From NCBI GenBank assembly GCA_963816975.1, contig CAWFMD010000006.1:1595008-1659007 (forward strand): DNA of 64,000 bases, read 5' to 3'. The stretch is from an uncultured Solirubrobacterales bacterium (GTDB lineage: Bacteria; Actinomycetota; Thermoleophilia; Solirubrobacterales; JBBDJG01). Below are positions 63,506 through 64,000 of this stretch, one piece after another. A program made the position numbers and the translations under genes. Positions within the stretch are counted from its first letter, which is position 1. Each line of letters begins with the position of its first letter. The notes under the pieces are model-generated. The model searched no databases. It was not told where the DNA came from and was given only the letters and a program-made list of their open reading frames with translations.

Positions 63506-64000
63506 CGACCTTCCACACCAAGTTCCTCGGCTGCAAGGTCTCGCAGGCCGACGCGATGCTCGCGCGGGCGCGGCTGCTGGAGGCCGGCCACGTCGAGGCG
63601 CCCGAGGCCGACGCCGACCTGCACGTCGTCAACACCTGCTGCATCACCCGCGAGGCGGAGGCGAAGTCGCGCCAGTCGGTGCGGCGCTCGGCGAATGGTC
63701 GCGCGGGACGGCGCGTGGTCGTCACGGGCTGCGCCGCAAACCTGAACGCCAGGCAGTTCGACGAGATCGCGCCGCAGGTGACGGCGCTGGTCGGCACGGC
63801 CGATGATGTGGCGCGGGAGGTGACCGGGGTGGCGGGGCCGGGCTGCGTGGACGTCGAGACCGACGTGCTGGCGCGCCAGCCCCTGTCGGCGACGCGCACC
63901 CGCGGCTTCGTGAAGGTGCAGGACGGCTGCGACTGCCACTGCTCGTACTGCATCATCCCCAAGGTGCGCGGGGCGGCGCGTTCGCGCCCGGCCGGTGCCG
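63502..64000 (+). CDS. mtaB: MiaB/RimO-family radical SAM methylthiotransferase (MtaB-like), runs off window end
   Basis: FLGCKVSQAD, VVNTCCIT, VVTGC, VKVQDGCDCHCSYCIIP (CxxxCxxC). Position after dnaJ-prmA. Confidence 0.85.
   Translation, partial: MTTFHTKFLGCKVSQADAMLARARLLEAGHVEAPEADADLHVVNTCCITREAEAKSRQSVRRSANGRAGRRVVVTGCAANLNARQFDEIAPQVTALVGTADDVAREVTGVAGPGCVDVETDVLARQPLSATRTRGFVKVQDGCDCHCSYCIIPKVRGAARSRPAGA

Overview
This is a high-GC actinobacterial chromosome segment. The mreBCD-mrdA-rodA cluster, the Rne/Rng-TRAM gene and the overall gene style suggest Thermoleophilia/Solirubrobacterales (inference). Most of it is conserved housekeeping backbone: tig-clpP-clpX ... valS-folC-ndk-maf-mreBCD-mrdA-rodA-rne-rplU-rpmA-obgE-proB/proA-nadD-rsfS ... 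leuS-comEA-comEC-holA-rpsT-murJ-lepA-hrcA-dnaJ-prmA-mtaB. Four accessory inserts stand out. (1) Between clpX and valS lies a TetR-controlled four-component soluble di-iron monooxygenase (alpha-reductase-beta-coupling). It resembles the THF/dioxane monooxygenase type and is followed by a GMC alcohol oxidoreductase, an aldehyde dehydrogenase and an SMP-30 lactonase, giving a plausible complete cyclic-ether ring-opening pathway. (2) After rsfS is a 208-aa ORF, with a LexA box over its start, that fuses an I-Ssp6803I-like PD-(D/E)XK endonuclease to a Phd-type DNA-binding domain and contains an intact tRNA-Ala(GGC) in frame between the two domains. (3) A rod-shaped ~200-nt RNA candidate (6S-like) with its own terminator follows a DUF1800-DUF1501-cupredoxin operon. 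(4) A NodU/CmcH-type carbamoyltransferase separates proB from proA. At least seven apparent single-base frameshifts, one of them in folC, suggest uncorrected sequencing or assembly indels. All family assignments come from motif recognition and recall; no searches were run.
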